Numbered from the stretch's first letter, positions 38,170 through 56,877 are shown. The stretch: 64,000 bases of DNA from the human T2T-CHM13v2.0 reference genome, Homo sapiens (GCF_009914755.1 NC_060935.1); one strand, 5' to 3'. Notes: generated by a model not told the origin, from the sequence alone. A program made the numbers and translations.

Positions 38170-41100
38170 AGACTTGCAGAATGGACAATACATGATCCAA
38201 CTATATGCTGCATATAAGAGACACATGTTTGATTCAAAAACAGAAATAGGTTCAAGGTAAAAGAATGGAAAAACATATATCAGGCAAACAGTAACCAAAA
38301 GAAAGCTGGAGTGGCTATACTAATATCAGACAAAATAGACTTTAAGACAAAAATTGTTATCAGAGACAAAGAACAGTTTTATAATTATAAATAAATCAAT
38401 TTGTCAAGAAGATATAAAAATTATAAACATATATGCACCTAACAACAGAGACCCAAAATACATGAAACAAAAACTGACAGAATTGATACAATAATGGTTG
38501 AAGACTTCAATACACCACTTTCAATCATGGATAGAGCAACTAGACAGAAAATCAATATGGGAATAGAGACTAAATACCAATATAAACATACTAGATCTAA
38601 TAGCAATATAACCCTTCACTCAGAAACAACTGACTATACATTCTTCTTAAGTGCACATGGAGAATTCTCCAGTTTAGACCATATGTCAGGTCATTAAACA
38701 AGTTTCAGTAAATTTCAAAGTTCTGAAATAATATAAAGTATGTTTCCTAACCACACAGAATGAGATTAGAAATCAATAACAGAGGGAAATTCACAAATAT
38801 ATGGAAATTAAAGAACATTTCTGAATAATCAATGAGTCAAAGAAGAAATCACAGACAAAACTAGAAAATACTTTGAGATGAATGAAAATAAAAACATGAC
38901 ATACCAAAACTTATGGGATGAAACCAAAGCAGTGCTTAGAGAATATTATAGCTATAAACACCCAAATTGAAAAAAGGACAAAGAACTCATATTAGTAACC
39001 TAAACTTCTACCTTAAGGAACTAGAAAAACAAGAGCAAACTAAACCCAGAACAAGCAGAAGGAGGAAACCAATAAAGATTAGAGCAGAAAGGAATGAAAT
39101 GTAAATAGAAAAGAATAGAGAAAAAAAAACAAACCCAAAAGTTGGTTCTTTGAAAAGGTCAACAAAATTAACAGACCTTTACCTTGACTGACAGAGAGAG
39201 AGAGAGAGAGGGAGAGCATAGAGAGAGAGAGAGAGAGAGACAGAGAGAGAGAGACAGAATCAAATTACTAAAATCAAGAATGAAAGAGGGGATGTTGCTA
39301 CCGACCTTGCAAAAATAGAAAGGAATATAAGGTAATATTATGAACACTTGTGTGCTAATGTGTTAGATAATCTAGATAAAATGAACAGATTCCTAGAAAG
39401 ACACAAATTACTGAAATTGACTCAAGAAGAAATAGAAAATTGAAACAGACCTGTAACAAGTAAAGAGATTGAATTAGTGATTAAAAGTACTTGCCACAAA
39501 GAAAAGTAGATGACAAATGGCCTCACTGGTGAATTTTATAATACCTAGTATTAAAGAGTTAAGCCCAATACTTCACAAATACTTCCAAAAATTATAAGAG
39601 GAGAGAACATTTTCCAAGTCATTCTATGAGGCAGTATTACTTTGATACCAAAGGCAGAACAAAATATCACAAGCAGAAACCAATATTCCTTATAAATATA
39701 GATGCAAAATCCTCATAAAAATACCGGGAAACTGAATCAGCAACATATAAAAAGTATTTTATACCATGACAAAGCAGGACTTATGGCAGGAATGCAAGAT
39801 TGATTCAACATGCAAAAATCAATAAATGTAATATGCCATATTAATAGTATAAAGGACAAAAACCACATTATCATCTTAATAGATGAAGAAAAAGCATTTG
39901 ACAAAAACCAGCACCTTTTCATGGTCAAAACACACAACAAAGTAGGAATTAGAAAGAAACTTTCTCAATCTTCTAAAAAGCATATATGAAAACCCCACAG
40001 CTAACATCATACCTAAAGGTGAAAGAATAAAAGCTTTCCCCTAAGATAGGAATGAAACAAGGATGTCCACTCTTGTTACTTCTATTCAACATTGTACTGG
40101 AGGTTGTAGTTAGGGAACTTGATCAAGAAAAAAATTGGCATCTATATTTGAAAGAAAGAAGTAGAATGATCTTTACTTGCAGATAACATCTTACTGAATA
40201 TAGAATATCAAGGGAATCCACAAAAAAAATCTTAGAGCTAACAATGAGTTCAGCAAGGCTGCAGGATATAAGGTTAATATACAGAAATTGCTTGTATTTC
40301 TGTACACTAATAATGAACAATCCAAAAATGAAATTAAGAAAATAATTCCATTTACAGTAGCATCAAAAAGAATAATATATGTAGAGACAAACTTAACAAA
40401 AGAATTGCAATATTTGCACACTAAAAAAAGATGAAACACTGCTAAAGGAAATTAAAGAAGACCTAAATAAATGAAGACATCGCATATTCACAAATTGGAA
40501 GACTCAATATTGTAAGATGGCAGTACTCCCCAAACTGATGTATGCTTTTGAATAATATACAGTATGTTCCCTAACCACAACGGAATGAAATTAGAAAATC
40601 CCAGCCAGGTTTTTGCAGAAATTGACAAGCTGATAATAAAATTCATGTGGAAATACAAGGGATCCAGAATAGCCAAAATAATCTTGAGAAAGAAGAACAA
40701 AGTTGGGGCATTCACATTTTCAGGTTCAAAACTTACTACAAAGTGTAATAATAAAGATAGTGTGGTACTAGCATAAGGATAGATATATAAATCAATCAAC
40801 AGAGAGTCCAGAAATTAGCCCACGTATTTATAGCCAATTGATTTTCAATAAAGGTGCCAAGACCATTCAATAAGGAATGAATAGTCTCTTCAACAAATGG
40901 AGCTGAGAAAACTGGATATCCATGCAAAAGAATGAAGTTGGACTACTACTCACACTGTACACAAAAATTAATTCAAAATTATCAAAGATCTAAACTTAAG
41001 AGCTAAAACTATAATACTCTTAGAAGAAAACATAGGTATACATGGCCTTGGATTATGCAATGATTTCTTACATATGATACCAAAAGCACAAGCAACAAAA

Positions 41101-42152
41101 GAAAAAACAGTCTTCATCAAAATTAAAGGACACTATTAAGTGTTTCAAAGAACACTATAAAGAGAGTGAAAAGACAACTCAGAACTTGAGAAAATATTTG
41201 CAAGTCATGTGTATCTGATAAACATCTAGTATCCAGAATATATAAAGAACTATTATAACTCAATAACAAAAAGAAATAACCTAATTTTTAAATGCACAAA
41301 GGATTTGATAGATGTTTTTTCCAAATAAGATACACAAATGGACAAGAAGCACATGAAAAGATGCTCAAAATCATTAGTCATTAGGGAAATGCAAATTAAA
41401 CCTAAAATGGGATACCACTTCCTACTCACTAACATGACTGTGATTAAATAGAGACAATGACAAGCGCTGGTGAGGATGTGGAGAAATTGGAACCCTTATA
41501 CACTGCTGGTGGGAAGTCATATGGTGTTACTAGTTTGGAAAATAGTTTGAAAGTTCGTCAAAATGTTAAACATACAATTCCTGTATGACCCATCAATTCC
41601 ACTCTTAGGTACCTATCTAAGAGCTATAAAACACACACATTCCCATAAAAATCTGTATATAATTTTTCGTGGCACAATTATTTATAATAGCTCAAAAGTG
41701 GAAACAACCCTCATGTCCATCCACCGATGAACGGATTAAAAAAAATAGTGTGTCTATACAATGGAATATGATTCATCCATATAAAGAAATAAAGTACTGA
41801 TTCTCATTACAACATGGCTGAACCTCGAAAACATTAACTGAAAGAAATTGGACACAAAAGGCCGTGTATTATATTATTTCATTTATCTGAAATGTCTAGA
41901 ATATGCAAATCCATATCCATATCTACAGATAGTAGATTAATGGTTTCTAGGAGAGAGGAGAAGTGGTAAATGGAGAGTGACTGTTAATGGTTCCAAGGTT
42001 TCTTTTGGGGCTGGTGATAATATTCTGAAATTAGATAGTGGTGATGGTTGCACAACTTTGTAAGTATAGTAAATACCACTGAGTTGTACACTTTAAAAAC
42101 AGTGAATATCATGGTATGCGAATTAGGTCTAAATTTTAAAAAATTTAAAAAA
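38170..42152 (+). mobile_element. L1MB-type LINE (most of ORF2 plus 3'UTR), decayed
   Basis: ORF2 remnants (EDFNTPLSIMDR, KLIIKFMWK); 3' end 'aatattctgaaattagatagtggtgatggttgcacaac'. Confidence 0.9.
39193..39257. repeat. (GA)n microsatellite inside L1
   Basis: Directly visible. Confidence 0.9.
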
Positions 42153-42179
42153 GAGTTGCCTGTTTGCCAGTAGAAATTA

Positions 42180-42618
<439 letters not shown>

Positions 42619-43200
42619 GAAAATATCTGATTAAAGGTGCATTCCTTTGTTCTAGCTAGCTTCAAGGTAGACACTATCATATTGAAAGACAGAGGGAGCA
42701 GGGGGACAAGAAGGCGAAAGGTAAAGCAAGTTGGAAAACTGTATCTTACAAAAGCAACCTTGAGTGTGGATATTGGCAAATAGATCAGATGCTTACCAAA
42801 TTTTTGAGGAAACAGTATTGTCAAAGAAACCACAAGGCTGTATAAAAAGCGTTAGTCCATTAGCTAAGCCTTAAAGCAACCTCTGGTAGGAAGTTGCACA
42901 TCCCCTAAAGAGAGTATTCTCCCTAACTCCCTCTTTACATGTGGTCAAGCAGTATCAGGGTCCAGGAGGAAGCCCCTCAGAGTGTGGTGCCAAGGATCAC
43001 AAAGAATAGTGGAGGAGGGAGTTCCTGCTCTAGGCTAGGCAGCCTTTATAACATCTGCCCACTGGTATTTCAGCACTGTCACAGGCAGTGACTACTGTGG
43101 GTCTCTTAGTCTTCCCCTTTCTGAATGGGAGTTATCCTGTTCCTGTTATTGTAGTTATCCTATTCTTGTTCTATTATCGCATATTTGTATGCTGTCATGG

Positions 43201-43564
43201 TGTGTTAGTCTGTTCTTATGCTGCTAATAAAGACGTACCAGAGACTGGGTAATTTACAAGAAAAGAGGTTTAATGAACTTACAGTTCCACATGGCTGGGG
43301 AGGCCTTACAATCATGGTGGAAGACAGAGGAAAAGCAAAGGGACATCTTACATGTCAGCAGGCAAGAGAGCTTGTGCAGGGGAATTCCTCTTTATAAAAC
43401 CATCAGATCTTGTGAGACTTATTCACTATTATGAGAACAGCCTGAGAAAATACCCAACCCCATGATTCAATTAGCTCTCACCAAGCCCCTCCCATGACAT
43501 GTGGGAATTATGGGAGCTACAATTCCAGATGAGATTTGGCTGGGGACACAGCCAACCCATATCA
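43201..43564 (-). mobile_element. THE1B-like solo LTR
   Basis: Runs 'tgtgttagtctgttcttatgctgctaataaagac' to 'acagccaacccatatca'; perfect 5-bp TSD catgg. Confidence 0.92.
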
Positions 43565-44529
43565 CATGGATATGAGGCAGACACCTTGACTTTTCAGTTC
43601 ACAGGTGTAAGAGAAGCCATGTCTTTTCCTGATAGAGAGGACTAAGAAATGCAAAGCTATAATAGATTGGACTTTGGATTGTCTTTCGTGAGGAGTGGTG
43701 GAAGATGCTCTACCTTCAGGACGAAGGGAACAAAGGGATATTTAATGGCCAGAAGAGTGAACTGCAGTGGAGACTGTTGTTGCTCACCAAGTTGGCTCAC
43801 ATGTGCTTCTCTAAATTTCCCAGCCTAAGGTGTTGTCCAGTAATTTTCCTTTCTTGTAATATCTTTCTGAGCTTTTGGAATCAATGTTTTGTGGGCCTTA
43901 TAAAATGAGTTTGAATGTTTCCCTTCTTCTATTTTCTGGACACACCTCTGCAGGCCAGTATTAATTATCCCTTAAATTTTTGTGAAGCAATCTGGGCATA
44001 TAGTTTTCTTTTTGGAAACAGTTTTAATTTCAGATTTGATTTCTTTGATAGATATAGGGCTATTGGTATTTTAAAATTTCTTCTTGTGGCAATTTTGGCA
44101 AATTGTATTTTAAGAAACATGTTTCACTTAGATTTTCTAATTTACTGGCATAAATATTGGTGTATAGAATGCCAATCTATTGGCATAAAGTTTTTTCTAA
44201 CATCCTCTCATTATCTTTTTAATGTCTGTAAGGCAGGTAGTGATATTCTCTTTTTCAAGGCTGGTTTTTGTATTTATGTTTTTTTCTCTCTCTTGCTCTC
44301 TCTTTTCTTGAATTGTCTTGCTAGGAGTTTATTAAGTGTATTAATCTATTCAAAGAATAAACTTTTGACTTTGTTGATTTTCTCTATTAAATGTCTGTTT
44401 TCTATTCCATTGATCCTGCTCTGTATTCCTCTCTTCTATTTTTTGAGGGGGTTAATTTTCTGTTTTTTGTTTTTGTTTTTGTTTTAGCTTTTTTCCTATT
44501 ATTTAAACATATATTTTAAAGAAAGATTT

Positions 44530-44655
44530 TTCTTACATAGAGACAGGGTCTCACTATGTTGCCTAGGCTTGTCTCAAACTCCTTGGCTTAAGCAATCCTC
44601 CAGGTTTGGCCTCCCAAAGTGCCGGGATTACAAGTGTGAGCCACCATGCCTGGCC
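44530..44655 (-). mobile_element. FLAM/Alu left monomer
   Basis: Single Alu monomer. Confidence 0.8.
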
Positions 44656-44678
44656 ATTTTTCTAGTTTTTTGAGTTGA

Positions 44679-45127
<449 letters not shown>

Positions 45128-48100
45128 TGAAAGACTTCTGATGCTGGAAATGCAGAATGAATCTGCATGAATCTCTGAGTCACTGTCTGGGATGCAAGAG
45201 AGCTGCCTCACATGCATTGGCTAGTGATATATGCAAGAAACATACCTTTGATGTGTTGAACTGCTTTGTTTCTTTCTTAAGAGGCTTGCTATGGCCTATC
45301 CTATCCTAGCTGTTACAAGAGGGCTTGTTTTACAATAGCTCTTATATCTGTCCATATTGCAGTTTGCAAAGACTTCCCATTGATTCCCCCAAGTGTTTTT
45401 CCTGAAGATGTGGGGTTAACGGAGGGGTATTACAGCATAGCACACAACACAAAACAATTTTAATTTAATATACAGTCCCCTCCTTCCCCCAGGGAATTTT
45501 TCATTGCCTGTCTTTCAGATTCGGCCCTGACCTATTGTCAAGTTTTAAGGTCCCCTTTTCTATTTAAACCTCTTTCCTCACTTTCCATATTCTTGCTTCT
45601 TCCCATCCATCCTATTCCAAAGCAACCCGAAGCTCTCCAGCTTTGCTGTTGTAGCTTTTCTTTACCTTGGATCAAATCAGATTCTTACTCAAGGTCTCTT
45701 TTCTACTGACCAATGCATACTCAGATGTCTGTTAGGCAGAAATGGAGCAGTGGGAAGCCTGTTGGAGAAACAGGACAGGCCCTCCTGAGCTGAAAGGGTT
45801 TTCCCCCAGAATCTAGAGTGGTATTTTTCTTTATTGTACTGCAACTTACTTACTTCTATGCTCAGGTTTTTATTGATTTTATTTCATTTGCTTTATTTCT
45901 ACATAGTTGAAATCATGTTCTTGTGGACTGCTTTTCTAACTTAATGTTCTATCAGAAGCATTTACCATATTACTGTATAATATTGGGAAACATCTGTTTT
46001 ATATTCACATTTTTTCCTATTTAAAAACATAATTTTCAGTCCTGAAGGATATGAGAAGAACATGCAACTCCCCAAAATCCTACTCCCGGGCAGAAAATGT
46101 TTAACAAATTAGGCTGCATGATTTCAGCTGCTGACAGCTAGACAGAAAGAAGAATATTTCTAAATATGTCTGTGGAGAGACTGCTTGGACAGAGCTGTCC
46201 CTTGCAAGACTATACCAGAGGCATGGTCTTAGTGGGACAGCCTAGTGTTCTGAGCACCGGGACTGTCAGATTCACATGTATTTGGATGGTCCAGAGCAAT
46301 TGTGGTGGCAGAAGTCTGTTTGCAGAAGGATCTAGAAACCTCTTGGGAAGGGGTCTAGCCTGTGAATGTTGTTCACTCTGGCCCAGCCTCAGAGGGAAGG
46401 GCTGTAGTAGAAAATGAATAAAAACAGGGCAGTTCACTGAAATTGCTGTGAGAGTACAGGGCGACCGTGTTTCGTGTTCTCAGTAATAGTGACGCACGGG
46501 GACAGGGAGGGGATAGTGGGAGGGATCTCTCCCCTTCATAGTAAAAACCCTGGGACACAACTGCTGAGCCTTAAGGCCATAAGCCATAAGGCCTGATTGA
46601 GTACAAGTCACCAGCTACAAAGAAAGGCAAGGAAGGTCAGGGGGCAAAGGTGGTGACCCTTAGCACTGTTTACAGATCCTCACTGAGGAGGAAAGAAAAG
46701 CTACAGGGACAGGTGGGCTTGGCCAGGTACTTGTAGCCATCAGGTTCACAGGAGGCCTTGAGGTCAGGTCAGAGGCAGGAAGATCCTGTGCTGAAGAGTA
46801 AAACTTGGAGAGGGGCCTTGTGAGATCTTGCGAGGGATCTGGAGAAATAGGATAGGGCAGTGATTAAAAAGGCCTATCAGGACCAGGCTAACAGGAGTTA
46901 GCCAGGGAACACGAGACAAATAAATAACTTGGAATCTGGCTTCATTGGAAGCTTGCTGCATAATCACTGTAGCTGCTCTCTCATCTTGGCCCTTTAGGCC
47001 CAGAAAGTAACAGCCCTGATATTATTAGCTCTTGAGTCTTGCACAGACCCTCACTGTTTCCCTACACACTTGCCACACCTTTGAAAATAGTCCTTCTATG
47101 AAATGACCTGTTAAATCAATTTGCCTAATATGAATGCACCATCTGCCTGCTGCTGGGACTACTGATGCAGAAGCCATTCTGTTGATGGCTCCAGGGGGAC
47201 CCTCTGGAACTCTGGCTCTCAGTAACCAGCTCTGGAGATAAAAGACAGGGACTGAGATTTAAATGGTGGACCCTTTATATCACATAAAACTAAAGATATA
47301 GATTGTGACTTCACTGACATACTTCAGAGATCCCTGGTAGAAATTTGGTAATACATGGCAGCCTAACTCATCAGGATGAGTAGAGATTAAAGAGATCTGA
47401 TTTGAGGCAGGAATGGGGTGGTGGTATTAGGGGACAAGAAGGCTACAGTCAGACCTCAGCCCAGGGCCATGATCATCACTCAGACCTATTCCTCTTGCTC
47501 TATGGAGAGGAGCTGAACAGAAGGCCAGACCCTGGAAGAGGAAAAGAATTAAAGTTGAAGACTCCCCTGAAGAAGGAGGAGGGTGGAATGGGTGGTACCT
47601 GGCACTAGAGTGTCTGCACAGGGAGTGGCATGAGTGGGCACCTCTACAACTTTGATGGAAGGAAGCAAGGTGCTTACAGAGTAGCTGTGGGGAGAAGAAC
47701 TTTCTTCCCCTCTGACCTTCAGAATATGCTCACGTGGAAGGAATGCGTGAGACACACAGCTGGAAATGTTGAGAAAACACAAGAGCCTGGGCCTGAGGAA
47801 TCTTAAAATAGGTTTGTTATATATTTAATAAATGCTGGAAAAGTGACAGGATTTGGAAAAGTTAATGTAAAAACAGCACCACCCTGGAGCACTAAATCTG
47901 GTTTTATTTACCCGGGCCATCTGGTACTTCCCTTTGGTAAAGTAAGGAATTTATACACATTGAAAACCAAGCTTTAATGCGTAAACTTAACAGAATGTCC
48001 AATCACAAGTATGTGATAGAAGTAAAGTAGGGGAAGAAATGACTCAGGTATTATTCCCCTCAATTCTCCCAGGACCTTTGCACATGCCATTCCCCACGTC

Positions 48101-48899
48101 TCCTCCCTCATATCCTGACGAAGGTTGAGTTTTCTTGTTATGCTCTGGTATGGTTCTTGTATTTTTTCTTCACAGCTCTATCATAGTTTGAAGTCATTTG
48201 ATTAACGTCCTGTGTCACCCACTAGCTGATGACCTCCATGAAGACAAGAATGGTGCTCTGCTCACCACTGTTGCTCTAGGACCCAGTGGCTGACACCTAG
48301 ATGCTCAATAGATCTTTCATGGATGACAACATGAAGGACTTTTAAAGCATGTCAAGTTGAGACTAGCTTCCCAAATTAGAGAAGGTGACACATAATATAT
48401 TAATATAATCCTGGTAACCTCAGGCCTATGTTGCCTCCATTTCTCTGACACATTTCTGACACATTACCAGGAGGGAGTCCTGCTGATGTCAGGAATTCAT
48501 GAGGAAGGGGGGTGAAAACTTTAATCAGATCAAATCTTACCTTTAGAGCAGGAGAGACATACTTTCTCTTTGATCTCCCTGAAACTGCCAAAAGGTTTTT
48601 GCCGAACTCATAGGTCTTTGGACCTTTCAGTGGGTGCTACAACTATGCAAATATCGTGGTGCACCAAGACCAAGCTGGAGAAGTTCTGAGGTTGTGAGGA
48701 TATCTAAACTGTGCTGTGTTGATATTTTTATCTGCTCTCTTTGATGCAAGCTTCTAGGCCTGGTATACTCAAGTTAACCACGAAAACCAATGGCGGTTAT
48801 ATTTGGAAAGGAAGGCTATGCCCTGGTGAAATTATACGTGAGACACAAAAAATACTGAGGTCACTGGTCAGTGATGTTAGAGAGCAGCTCAGTAAGGCC

Positions 48900-49590
<691 letters not shown>

Positions 49591-52542
49591 ATATTTGTGA
49601 ACACTAAATTATTGGTGCATCATAAGCTTTCATCATGTTCATTTAGACAGGGATCTGAACTTTGCCATAGGTGACTGGTAGTGATCTGGATCCAGTGGGA
49701 ATTGTCTGGAATGTGATCAAGACATGAAATGTGCAGATGGGCCAGTGACGAGGGCTTACCTTTTGGGAGCAGTTGACAGGTGATAGATACCGATGACTTC
49801 TAGCTGATTTATTCCTCTTAAAGAGTCATCCTTTGGATGAATCGTGAGCTATGGAAACGATTGCTCACCCTGAGCTGTTTGGGGCTTGTGTTCTTCTCAA
49901 GATTTCTGAGGACCTGGCTCGAGCTTCTGTGTCAGAGTCCTCATTCTGACTATGGGGCCTCAGTCCTTTTTTGGTGTTTATGCTCTTTCTCTGGCTGCTG
50001 CCCTCCTTTCCTCTTCTGAGCCTTGCCAGTGTGGAACATGACTGTCTTCTGTGTTCCCCCAGAACACGGCTAAACCGCTTTGCCTGAAGCCTTGGGGATA
50101 CTGGATGGTGGATAGAGACCCACATGCTCTGCCCTGTTCATACTTAATGTTCCAAAGAAATAGTAAAGTTCTGCAATAACAGTTTCTAAAAAAATTCAAT
50201 TTTTAATTTTGTTGTTCTTTTGATAATTTTTTACTGTGGTAAAAATATATATATAAGTTGCCATTTTAACCATTTTGCATGTGCAATTCAGCAGCATTAA
50301 TTGCATTCACAATGTCATACAATCATCACAATTTTTTGATTTCCCAAATTAAATTCTTTAAAAAATGTTTAAAAATTTTTTAAAAATTTTTGTTATTTTT
50401 GTTTTAGATTCAGGGGGTACATGTGCAGGTGTGTTACATAGGCATATTGCGTAATGCTGAGGTTTAGGCTTCTACCAAATTAAATTCTTAAATAGAGCCC
50501 TCTTTCCTGACCCAGAGATGTTATAGCCCCAGTGAGGTCATAGTTCGGCTTCTTTTTAAATAACAGGAATTCAGGAACTTGAAAAATCCCCATGCTTTTC
50601 TCTGGTATAATTTTAGCCACCCCTTCCTCCAGATGTCCCTGGTAGAATGCACAGATCTGTGGATGTATTGAGTGTTGATGGTACTGTCGAAGGCTGATGG
50701 TGGCCAGCCCCTGGAGTCTGACATTCAACTGGGAAGCAAACACCGTGGGACAGGAAGGCTACAGACCCTCACTCCAGATTCAGCTTTTGACCCTATTGCC
50801 CATTGAATGGTTGGGTGAGCAGTTCTGAACAAGGCACCAGGACGAAGGTAGCTTGAGACTAGGAAAACTAGAAGCTACAGCCAGGGAGGACTCCTGGGAA
50901 AGAGTATGGCCTAAGGGGAATGTGTGTGTGGTGGGCAGGTGGGCAGCAATGGGGGAGACTGCATCTCTGGGAGACAGAGGTCATAGCCTCACCTGAGTTC
51001 CACTCTACTCACCTCCCTCTCCCTGCTTCCAAAAATTTTAGACGGCTATGGTCAGCCTAGAATTTGAAGTCTGAATTTCAGATGATAAGGCAGAAGAGTT
51101 GAAGCAGATTGAGGGCAGAGAATTTGGGAAATTCTATTTGAAGCTGTGACTCTCATCTATGGATGTTCAGCTGCAGAGTCTCACCAGAATAATGTAATGT
51201 TGAGGCTGCTGGTGGCATTTTGGAGACTATGAAAGATACACAAACATGGAAACAAGATAGTGGTGACCTGGAGCAATAAACTCTACTTGTGTAGCTGAGG
51301 ATGATCTTGTACAGAGTCCTGGCAAGAAGGTAGAGACGACAGGTCATTCTTAGATGGAGTAAAGGACTGCTAATTTTCAGACTTCAGTTTGATTCAGAAA
51401 CTGTGTCCCTATCAGCAGACAGCCATGCCTGGGGAGCACCAGCCCCTGCCATGCACTTAGATAATGGAGGGAGGGTTTTGTGGTCACATGTGGTAGGCCC
51501 CAAGCTTCAGATTCCCACTCATGACTCTCTTTCACTCCAGTCTGGTGACGAGTTAGGGACTCTAAGCTCAAGGACCCAAGGTTCCCCGAAACAGACTCAG
51601 CCCAGTCCTACTCCTGAGCCCTCTTCTTGTTGTCTCCTGACCTGGTGCCCAGGACACCCCCCCTCCCCACTTCCTGCCATAATCCTGAGTGCACGCACTC
51701 TGTGATGAGGCCTAGCTGTCACATGCACTAATTTTCAAAGTGCTCAGATTTGGTTCTCTTCTTTCTAGAAACCCATTTCAGAAAAAAGGAACCAGATCTT
51801 AACAGTAAGGAGACTGCTGTGCCAATTGTCAGACTCCAGTTTGCTTAGGTCTGATTGACTACACAGATTAAAATCCTGGGAAGGAATTAGGCTCAAACTG
51901 GAGTGGAGGGGTGGTGGGGGAAAGGCTTATACTCTCATTATGCCACAGCATCAGGGTAGGCTGCAATGCCCTTCCACACGTGGTGCCCTGAAAATGTCCC
52001 TGGTTATTCTTCTTTCAGCCATCATGTACTTCTGAGGTACCTATTTCTATCCTAGTGTCAGGCCATATGCCATGATTTCTGTCCACTCAATTAGCAGAAG
52101 GCCCCAGGGCACTTTGGTTTGAAAACTGGCTATATCTGATGAGGCTTTGCTAATGTGCTCTCAGAAGCAGAGTCCTTCTCTTATTGCCTCCTGTGGGGAG
52201 ATTTGGACCTCTGTAGCAGAGAAGACTGTAAAGGTCGTAGAGAAACTGGGTTTTCGGAGGCTGCCATGCCCATCTTGTATACATGTATGCATTGTGCAAC
52301 CATTATTCAGAAGGGAGCATAAGTCAGGGCATGGGAACAGAGACCCCAAACAGATATTGGCTTCCAAAAATGCTCAAATAACCCCATCCCCCAGTGCATT
52401 AGGAGTCAGAGTATTGTTGGAGGTAACCTGAAGCTCTGGTCCAAGTGCTTTCCTAGGTGTTCAAAGGTCTGAATGAGTGGAGCATCAGGCCGATTGGAGG
52501 AGAGGAGCTGACAGCACAGGATGTCTGTCCCTGGTGTGAAGC

Positions 52543-54779
<2,237 letters not shown>

Positions 54780-55148
54780 AAACTGGGGGGTGGTTCGTGT
54801 TCTGGTCCATGAGGACTACATGTGAAATTCAGCAATCACATTATTCATTTACAAAGTACAACAAGAAGTTGAAGCAAGAAGATCATGAAATACTATGGGA
54901 TGTCAATAATATGGTTAATTAAAAAATTAAAATATAGCAGAATCTTTATAGCACTTTGTATTGAGATGTGGAATGAGACTAAAAATCTTTCTTATGATTC
55001 CAAGGTTTACTGATTATCTCAAGGCAAACAACTTGAACGCTGTGAATTTAAAGATGAGTTTCCTTAACAAAGAACAAGTGCTCCAAATTTGCTGACCTCC
55101 GATGTGCTGGCCTGAGATTGTCACAAGTGTGATACATAGCAGAAAGAA

Positions 55149-55191
55149 ACACACATATACACACACATACACACACACACACACACACACA
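55149..55191. repeat. (CA)n microsatellite
   Basis: Directly visible. Confidence 0.9.
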
Positions 55192-56109
55192 GTATCCTTT
55201 TGGGTAAAGGTGATATTTCAGCAATGAACTGACGTAACAAATGTGCTTTAGAAGAATTGTGTTATAGGGAAGGCACTTTGAAAATTGACGTTTGGAACTG
55301 TTTCCATTATCATGTGATTTTCATGCCAAAACGAAGCGTGCTAGTGTCACCTATACTCTCATAGCCACAATCTGCAAAATGTAGAAGCATACTTCTAAAT
55401 CCATTTTACAATATTCCAAATGCAGAATTTCAAGTGTTTTAAAAGTCCCATTTGTTAAAATGATTTGCAAGAACAGCTGAGGAAAACATCATTGAAAATG
55501 TTGATTTCATAGACAAAGAAGAGTTTTCACATTTGCAAAATTGATAGATCAAATTTAAACAGTAAGAACTATGATTTAATAAGTGCAAAGATACAGTTCT
55601 TCTATTCAGGTCTATTTAATCTTTGTGAGATATCTTTTTTTTTTTTTTTTTAAAGAATAGCCATTAAGACCAAGTATGGACATTAACTGAACTTACAAGT
55701 ACACTTTCTGGTCTCATAAAGTATTAAACTAAGATTTATTTAAATCATTTTTAATGATTTAATCACTAAATCACTAACAGATTAGTGGAATCACTAAACA
55801 GATTATTGCTAATAACTTTAAAATGAAAGGAAAAAGGTATATTGTACCACTCATAAAAATGAAGCAATTTAAAATTATTGTTTCATCTTTACCACATCCT
55901 TTAATTTTTTTAGTGTTCTTTATAATATGTAACTCATTAACGCAGTCTCATGTGCAAAACGTTTATGAATACACGAATTGCGAGTATCAGACCAATCAGA
56001 CTATGGGGTAGAAGGAATACAACTTGGTGCTTACATGAGACAACTCTGTGAAAGTGGTTGACACAGTGAGGACACACAGTGGGTGCTCACTAATGAAGTT
56101 TCCTCTCCG

Positions 56110-56750
56110 AGCTTGGTGACTTACTCGTTGAGAGAGGAAAGGGAGACCGAGTCAAGAATGGCTCCCAACTGTGGCCCCGTGGTGGTGCCGACCCTGGTAT
56201 CATTCACTGAGACTGGAAACACAGAAGCAGGTTCTGGCGTTTTCCTGGGAAGCAACTAGGTAGTTTGGGTCTGGACCGCTTCCGCCGGCCTAGGAAGATC
56301 TAGAGGAGATGTTCCCTAGGCAGTTAGATTCACCATCTTCAGCAGCTCGGGGGCATTCTGGGCTGGAGATGAAATTCAAGAGCCATCATCCGGCAGGAGG
56401 TTGTTAAAACCATGGGAGTGGCTGAGATGCCCAGAGTGGGCCTTGGAGTGGGAGAGCGGGCTGGCACGGTGGGACCCTGGGGTGGGACCACAGAGAAAAG
56501 CCAGGCCGCGGAGGCCGAGAAGCTGTAGGTACCCAGGTATGTGAAAAATCTGGAGGTGGGGGCCGCGGGTGCCAACTCTGGAAACTGCACTCCAAGCGTT
56601 TCAGGAAGGAAGACGTGGTCAGCAGGCTCAGATGCCAGGAAGAGGTGAGCGAGGGAAGCTGCACGGCACCCAGTGGCTTTGGCAACTAGGAGGTCATTCA
56701 GGACTTTGAGGGGCAGGTGAAGGCAGAGCGAGGAGGGTTGGAGAGGGAGC
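56110..56750 (-). mobile_element. L2 fragment forming the AMPD3 upstream promoter shore
   Basis: Reverse L2 motifs 'ctgggctggagatgaaatt...gccatcatc', 'aaaccatgggagtggctgagat', 'tggctttggcaactaggaggtcatt'. Confidence 0.6.
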
Positions 56751-56839
56751 GTGTGCACGTGGTGTGTGTGTGTGTGTGTGTGTGTGTAGGTGATCCAAGT
56801 GACCAGAAGGACGCCTGGAAGAGTGGACGGTTGGCGAGG

Positions 56840-56877
<38 letters not shown>

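Noticed and set aside
43915-44487. 190-aa hydrophobic ORF resembling a membrane protein
   Set aside because: Antisense reading of T-rich L1 ORF2 DNA.
46140-47400. Possible old ERVL LTR/internal fragments
   Set aside because: Some LTR-like motifs, but family and boundaries could not be assigned reliably.
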